DNA from: Verrucomicrobiota bacterium
Lineage (GTDB): Bacteria > Verrucomicrobiota > Verrucomicrobiia > Limisphaerales > AAA164-E04
Direction: 5' to 3'
Length of the DNA stretch: 64,000 bases
Assembly: GCA_047947115.1 (NCBI GenBank)
Contig: CP170459.1
Location: forward strand, 1,472,001-1,536,000
Position numbers and translations under genes: made by a program. Each line of letters opens with the position of its first letter. Within the stretch, counting starts at the first letter, position 1. This document shows, piece after piece, positions 58,509-64,000 of this stretch. Under the pieces are notes generated by a model that worked only from the letters and a program-made list of their open reading frames with translations, did no database searches and was not told where the DNA came from.

Positions 58509-60374
58509 ATGCCATCGATTCAGGAACTAATCCACAAATTTGAGGTGGGGGAAGGGTCCCGCTCCGTCACCAAGTTGGCCATTTTGCTGGCCTTCATAGC
58601 CTTGGTAATTACTTACAATGTGCGGGAATATCGCAATTTCATGGCCGTGGAAGCCATGGAAACCGCGCAGTTGGCCCGTAATATTGCCGAGGGGAAGGGA
58701 TTCGCAACTCAGAGCATTCGTCCGCTGAGCCTCGCCATGGTGGGGGCTCAGAGTGGGCAAGAGAGTGAAGATCCTATGATGCTGAAGGGAGGACATCCGG
58801 ATCTCGTTACACCTCCTTTATATCCCGTGGTCTTAAGTTTGTGGATGAAAGTACTGCCATTTGATTTTGATATTCCCTCCATGCGGTCGGAGAATTTTCG
58901 CCGCTACCAACCGGAAGTGCTGATCAGCTTCCTGAACCAAGCCATATTTATAGCCAGCGGTTTTCTGGTTTTCCTGATCTCAAGACGACTTTTCGATGCC
59001 AGTGTTGCCTGGATGAGTACGGCCGTCTTTTTTGGGTCCGATGTGTTGTGGAGGTTTAGTGTTTCCGGATTGTCCACCATGTTGTCCTTACTCCTTTTTC
59101 TGATATTGGTGGCTTGTCTTGTTGCGATGGAACGTGCCACCCGCGCCGAAATGGAGGAAGATTCATCTCACCCGGACGATGCGCAGGATGAGGAAGAAGG
59201 CGTAAACCATCCCAAACCCAGATCGTTGGGTTGGTTCATTGGGTTGGCCGTGGTGAGTGGATTGGTGCTGGGCCTGGGCGCTCTGACCCGTTACTCGTTT
59301 TTGTGGCTTTTGGTTCCCTCGCTGTTGTACACCGGATTGTTCCTCAAAACAAAAAGGATGCCCGTTTCACTCATCATGCTGGTTGTGAGCCTGATTGTAG
59401 TCGGGCCTTGGTTGATGAGGAATTATCAGATTGGAGGCACATTATTCGGATTGCATTCTTACGATATCGTCATGGATACCGAGGACTTTCCTGGCGATCG
59501 TCTGGAGCGAGCTCTGAATGCTGATATATCCACGCCCGACTTTAGTGCATTCTTCAGGAAATTTTTGGTGAATGCGCCCCATATTGTGACGGAGCAACTT
59601 CCGACGCTGGGAGGGAGTTGGATGGTTATGTTTTTCTTTGTGGGGTTGATGATACCCTTCAGCAATCCGGGCCTGCGAAGATTGAGGCTGTTCGGAGTGG
59701 TGAGTATGTTGGTTTTGATTGCTGTGCAAGCACTTGGACGTACGCATTTAAGTGATATGAGCCCCTTGATCAACGGGCAGAATCATCTTGTCCTGCTTGC
59801 GCCGCTCGTGTTCATGTTTGGCGTGGCTTTGTTTTTTACTCTTTTGGACCAGTTGCCACTGACCTTTGAAGGGGCGCGAAACGTGGTTGTGGTAGGTGTA
59901 TTTCTTGTTGTGTGTTCTCCGCTTGTGTTCCGATTGTTGCCGCCAAGGACCACTCCTATCGTCTATCCGCCCTATAGTCCGCCGTTGATTCAGGATATCA
60001 GCTTTTGGAATCAACCCGATGAACTAATGATGAGCGATATGCCGTGGGCTGTAGCCTGGTATGGAGACCGGAAGTGCCTGTGGCTGACCCGCAATGTGCA
60101 GCCCGATTTCTATACGATCAACGATGAGCATGAGGTCATACGATCCATTTACCTCACACCACTTACTACGGACAGAAAACTGATGTCAGAGGTGTTGAAG
60201 GGGGCGGATCATACTTGGGCAAGATTTTATATGGATGTTCAAGTGCGGCAAAATCTTCCTGCAGGATTTCCCTTGAAATTTGGATTTCCAGATGTTATGC
60301 CAGATCAGTTGTATGTATCAGATCGGCAGCGATGGTTGCCGGTTTTTCAAGAGGTAACTGAAGAACAAGAATAA
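58509..60374 (+). CDS. Polytopic membrane protein, GT-C (PMT/ArnT, GT39-like) glycosyltransferase candidate
   Basis: AQLARNIAEGKG, PPLYP, LTRY, PWLMRNY; about 11 TMs. Confidence 0.65.
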   Translation: MPSIQELIHKFEVGEGSRSVTKLAILLAFIALVITYNVREYRNFMAVEAMETAQLARNIAEGKGFATQSIRPLSLAMVGAQSGQESEDPMMLKGGHPDLVTPPLYPVVLSLWMKVLPFDFDIPSMRSENFRRYQPEVLISFLNQAIFIASGFLVFLISRRLFDASVAWMSTAVFFGSDVLWRFSVSGLSTMLSLLLFLILVACLVAMERATRAEMEEDSSHPDDAQDEEEGVNHPKPRSLGWFIGLAVVSGLVLGLGALTRYSFLWLLVPSLLYTGLFLKTKRMPVSLIMLVVSLIVVGPWLMRNYQIGGTLFGLHSYDIVMDTEDFPGDRLERALNADISTPDFSAFFRKFLVNAPHIVTEQLPTLGGSWMVMFFFVGLMIPFSNPGLRRLRLFGVVSMLVLIAVQALGRTHLSDMSPLINGQNHLVLLAPLVFMFGVALFFTLLDQLPLTFEGARNVVVVGVFLVVCSPLVFRLLPPRTTPIVYPPYSPPLIQDISFWNQPDELMMSDMPWAVAWYGDRKCLWLTRNVQPDFYTINDEHEVIRSIYLTPLTTDRKLMSEVLKGADHTWARFYMDVQVRQNLPAGFPLKFGFPDVMPDQLYVSDRQRWLPVFQEVTEEQE

Positions 60375-60534
60375 GGTGGTAGGAATGGAAGTTATTCTTA
60401 AGGTTCCGAGCACCCACAAATTTTCAATGATTCAGCATGATTTGTGTTTGACAATCAAGAGTGATGGACCTATTGATTTTGACTGTATCACGACTCAAGC
60501 TGGGCACTAAGCAGCAAATAGCGAAAAACAAGGT

Positions 60535-61782
60535 ATGAAAAAGATTGTAACAACCGCCGGATTGGCAGCCGTTGGGGTAATGAGCATGCAGGCCGCTTCC
60601 GACGCAGGATTGACACCTACTCAAACCGCCAAGCCGTGGAGCATTCAAGCAAACCTGCGAGGTTTCTACGACGACAACATCACCACTGCTCCCAATGCCA
60701 TTGCGCAAGACAGTGTTGGTATTGAGTTCAGCCCGGCTATCAGCCTGAATTTGGTAAAAGAGCAAACCTACATTGGCCTTGGTTATGAATACAAGCTGAG
60801 ATGGTTTGAAGACCGCGATCCAGATAATTCCGATCACTCACACCGCTTTAATTTGGATCTTTCCCACGACGTCAATGAGAAGTTGAATATTGATGTTGGT
60901 GAGGAATTCCTGATTGCTCAAGAACCTGAAGTGTTGGAGCCAACGGGTGCTACCCGATTACGTTCCAACATGGATGCCATTCACAATCGTGCGCACATCA
61001 ACTTCACGACACAGTTGAGCCGCACCTACAGCTTGATGGCTGGGTATCAAAACGATGTTTATAACTACGACCAGAGTGGTCCTGCCAGCTTTTCGGCTCT
61101 CTTGGATCGTTTGGAACATCGTATCACCGCAAATCTGCGATCTCAGATCAAGCCGGAAACTAGTGCCATCCTTGGATACCAGTACCGCATCGTTGATTAT
61201 ACCAGTGATGACAGTTTGGGTTTTGGGCCTTTCATCGATCCTGATGTTCGCAATAGCGATTCGCATTATGTTTACATCGGTGCTGACCATAATTTCTCCC
61301 CACAGTTGGTTGGTTCGATTCGTGCAGGTGCCCAGTTTACCAGCTACGATAATGCTTTGGCTGGTTCTGACGATTCCCAGGCAAGCCCATACGTCGATGC
61401 CAACCTTTCTTACTCCTACACTCAAGGAAGCAGCATCGCTCTCGGAGTGCGTCACGAACGTAATCAGACTGACTTGGCTCAAGTGGGTGGAGCGTTGGTG
61501 CTCGATCAGGAAACTACCTCTGTATACGCATCCGTCAGCCATCAGTTGACAGCTAAACTGACTGCCAACCTGATTGGTATGTATGCCAACAGTTCATTTG
61601 GAGACAGTTTGGCAGGTAGTCCGACCGATCAATTTTTCAGTTTGGGAGCCAATCTCAACTACCAGATCAACCAGTATCTGGCAGCTGAAACAGGCTACAA
61701 CTTTGACGACTTGAGTTCCGATCTGGGCAACCGTAGCTACGATCGTAACCGAGTTTACATTGGCTTGAAAGCCAACTATTAA
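60535..61782 (+). CDS. Outer membrane beta-barrel protein associated with polysaccharide export (BBP2-like)
   Basis: Signal peptide, RGFYDDN, amphipathic strands, terminal YDRNRVYIGLKANY; directly upstream of wzc-like gene. Confidence 0.8.
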   Translation: MKKIVTTAGLAAVGVMSMQAASDAGLTPTQTAKPWSIQANLRGFYDDNITTAPNAIAQDSVGIEFSPAISLNLVKEQTYIGLGYEYKLRWFEDRDPDNSDHSHRFNLDLSHDVNEKLNIDVGEEFLIAQEPEVLEPTGATRLRSNMDAIHNRAHINFTTQLSRTYSLMAGYQNDVYNYDQSGPASFSALLDRLEHRITANLRSQIKPETSAILGYQYRIVDYTSDDSLGFGPFIDPDVRNSDSHYVYIGADHNFSPQLVGSIRAGAQFTSYDNALAGSDDSQASPYVDANLSYSYTQGSSIALGVRHERNQTDLAQVGGALVLDQETTSVYASVSHQLTAKLTANLIGMYANSSFGDSLAGSPTDQFFSLGANLNYQINQYLAAETGYNFDDLSSDLGNRSYDRNRVYIGLKANY

Positions 61783-61807
61783 TCGTCAAACCTTTACATG
61801 CTTATTG

Positions 61808-61846
61808 GGGAGGCTGGAACTTTTTCATTCTAGCCTCCCTTTTTTT
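61808..61846 (+). terminator. Intrinsic terminator-like hairpin between the barrel gene and the wzc-like gene
   Basis: Stem GGGAGGCTGGAA/TTCTAGCCTCCC followed by T7. Confidence 0.75.
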
Positions 61847-61858
61847 CTCTCGTGAATC

Positions 61859-64000
61859 ATGCAAGTTAAACCCAACCAGACACAGCAGCAATCCGATTCG
61901 AAGCTCCATTTTTTGGATTATTGGCGCATTATTCGTATTAGAAAGACCGTCATTCTTGCGGTATTTCTTTTGGTGGTCCTGACCACGACGATCATTACCT
62001 TCTTGCTTAAGCCGACCTACGCCAGTTCGGTGAGAATAGCTATTGAGAAAGATTCCTCGGATATCACACCTCTCATGGGGTATCAGGCTTCACAACAACA
62101 TGATCCTTACTGGGTGTTGACTGAGTATGAAAAGATTCAGTCTAAAAAGGTGTTGCATCCGGTTATCCATTCTTTGGGGCTCAATCGTAAGTGGATGGAG
62201 CGATTCAATTTGGATGCGCCCTTGACCACGAATGAAACTTTTCAGGTGCTCAAAAAATCCATTGATGTCGATCAGTATCGAAACACCAGTCTGATTGAAA
62301 TCAAGGCATACAGCCAGGATAAGGAAGAAGCAGCTCAAATTGCTCAGGAAATAGCCGAGCAGTACAAGAAAGTACGTGAGCAGAATTTGCAAACCATGGC
62401 TACTGCCGGTATTCACGTTCTGGAAGATGAGTTGAAAATTCAAAAAACACTGGTTGAAGAAAAACAGAAGGAACTGGATAAAATCCGCGCTGAACTCAAC
62501 ATTTCCGACATCTATAGTGCCGAAGGTAGTCCCATTGGAATGACCACCGAGCCTCAGGTTGTAATGCGTCTTGAGCAGGAGCGTACTGTCGCCGAAGCAA
62601 AGCATATTCGTTACAAAACTCTGTTTGATGAGTTGAAGATATTGACGCGCGAAGAACTGCAGAACACGATTTTGACGGCCATGCCGGGCAATCTTCGTCT
62701 GACACACTTGTTGAATGAATATGATACAGCATTACAAACCGAGGCACGGTTAAAGGAGCTTCACGGACCTGAACACCCGCAAATGAAATCGATCAGATCA
62801 TTGCTGGTGGTCTTGAATCAGCAGCTTACTGAGGAAATGACCGGTGTGTTGCGTGGTCTCCAGAGTCAGGTGAATGCCGCAAAAAATGAGTTGAATCAAA
62901 TCAAGGAGGCAGTCGAAAACGCCAAGCAAACAGACGCCTTGGAAACCGCTAAGTATCGCCCTTATTTCACAGCAAAACGTGAGTTGGAAGGTTTGTCAAA
63001 AATCAGTGACATGATTCAAATCCGTATTCTGCAGGAAACGGTGGATGCTCAACTTCCCAAAGATTCCATTGTTGAAATTTACGATCATGCCGAACCCAAT
63101 GATGAGCCGGTTCGACCTAAGATTTTCCTTAATATTGCTTTAGGGGTTGTTGTTGGGCTGATTGTTGGCGTTGGTCTGGCATTCTTCATTGAATACCTCG
63201 ATACCAGTGTCAAGACAATCGATGATGTGGAGCAGGCATTGCAAGCCCCTGTGTTGGGTGTCATTCCCCAGAATGTTCAGTCGTTGCTGCTAGAAGGACC
63301 GGACAGTCCGCATGCTGAGGCTTATCGAGTATTGAGAACAAACATTCTCTTTTCTCGGAAAGATCAAAATGCAAATACACTGACTGTTGTCAGTGGCGGT
63401 GCAGGTGAGGGAAAATCGACAACCATTTTCAATTTGGCTGCAATTTTTGCTCAGCATGATTCCCGTGTTTTGATTGTAGATTCGGATTTGAGACGCCCAA
63501 GTCTGCATAAGCATGTGGGTGTTTCCAATGCGGTTGGATTGACTGATTTTCTTTTGGGGCAAAAACAATTGGAGGAAGTTGTTCAAACAACCAAGCAGGA
63601 GGGGCTTGATTTTCTTCCTAGTGGGAAATTGCCTAGCAGTTCCATGGGTATTTTGAATTCTGCCCAGATGAAGGAGTTTATCACGGATGCCCGCAAGCGA
63701 TATGATTTTGTGTTCTTCGATTCACCTCCCATTATGGGTGTGAGCGATGCATCCGTGCTCGCAAGTGAAGTTGATATGGCCATCCTCGTGATTCAATATC
63801 GCAAGTATCCCCAGGCGATGACGATTCGTGCCAAACAGATGGTCGAAAAGGTTGGTGGTAATCTCTTGGGTGTCGTGTTGAATAATATCAATATTTCTCA
63901 GGATTCTTACTACTATTACTACAGCGGATACTACTACGATTACTACTCCAAGCAGGACGATGCCGAAGCTAAGTCCAAAAAGAAGAGTGATGGTAAATCC
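61859..64000 (+). CDS. Polysaccharide co-polymerase / tyrosine autokinase (Wzc-like), 3'-truncated; absent from the ORF track
   Basis: Translated by hand: MQVKP...LHFLDYWRIIRIRK, TM, coiled coil, AEAYRVLRTN, Walker A GAGEGKST, VDSDLRRP, FDSPP, Tyr cluster DSYYYYYSGYYYDYY. Confidence 0.93.
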   Translation, partial: MQVKPNQTQQQSDSKLHFLDYWRIIRIRKTVILAVFLLVVLTTTIITFLLKPTYASSVRIAIEKDSSDITPLMGYQASQQHDPYWVLTEYEKIQSKKVLHPVIHSLGLNRKWMERFNLDAPLTTNETFQVLKKSIDVDQYRNTSLIEIKAYSQDKEEAAQIAQEIAEQYKKVREQNLQTMATAGIHVLEDELKIQKTLVEEKQKELDKIRAELNISDIYSAEGSPIGMTTEPQVVMRLEQERTVAEAKHIRYKTLFDELKILTREELQNTILTAMPGNLRLTHLLNEYDTALQTEARLKELHGPEHPQMKSIRSLLVVLNQQLTEEMTGVLRGLQSQVNAAKNELNQIKEAVENAKQTDALETAKYRPYFTAKRELEGLSKISDMIQIRILQETVDAQLPKDSIVEIYDHAEPNDEPVRPKIFLNIALGVVVGLIVGVGLAFFIEYLDTSVKTIDDVEQALQAPVLGVIPQNVQSLLLEGPDSPHAEAYRVLRTNILFSRKDQNANTLTVVSGGAGEGKSTTIFNLAAIFAQHDSRVLIVDSDLRRPSLHKHVGVSNAVGLTDFLLGQKQLEEVVQTTKQEGLDFLPSGKLPSSSMGILNSAQMKEFITDARKRYDFVFFDSPPIMGVSDASVLASEVDMAILVIQYRKYPQAMTIRAKQMVEKVGGNLLGVVLNNINISQDSYYYYYSGYYYDYYSKQDDAEAKSKKKSDGKS

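Noticed and set aside
56845..60534. Sigma54 -24/-12 promoters near 56891 (TGGCAT...TTGC) and 60501 (TGGGCAC...AGC)
   Set aside because: Spacing is wrong in the first and the consensus match is poor in the second.
62090..63783. Minus-strand ORFs at the window end
   Set aside because: They are shadows of the plus-strand wzc-like CDS, which the ORF track missed because it has no stop inside the window.

Overview
A 64-kb bacterial chromosome segment, most consistent with Verrucomicrobiota (prepilin/H-X9-DG-type protein, large Calx-beta and PA14/LamG secreted proteins, Cys-type sulfatase, futalosine pathway); the taxonomy is inferred from gene content. Most of it is housekeeping, signalling and envelope genes: two hybrid histidine kinases, polyprenyl synthase, ECF sigma/anti-sigma, SNF2 helicase, sodA, mgtE, UGPase, mqnE/mqnA, ruvB, mtnP, cimA, valS, rpsT, corA, a sigma54 two-component pair and the start of a Wzc polysaccharide locus. 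The most striking non-genic structure is a REP/REPIN system. An HUH/Y1 REP-associated tyrosine transposase (RAYT, ~36.1-36.6 kb) is flanked by, and apparently matches, about 10 intergenic GTAG-ended inverted-repeat elements in two size classes (~203 and 140 bp) joined by a conserved 16-bp linker. A second, GGAG-ended family occurs as a tandem pair at 38.5 kb. Short 14-19 bp palindromes have replaced bases inside REP ends of both families. Other highlights: a candidate ~110-nt standalone sRNA with (TTGGTTTAG)n repeats at 15.9-16.0 kb, single nonsense codons in the RAYT and the adjacent sulfatase, an S9 peptidase homolog lacking its catalytic Ser/Asp, and a non-canonical DHPS-like protein. No rRNA, tRNA or CRISPR array was recognised. 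Family assignments come from motif recognition by eye, not database searches.
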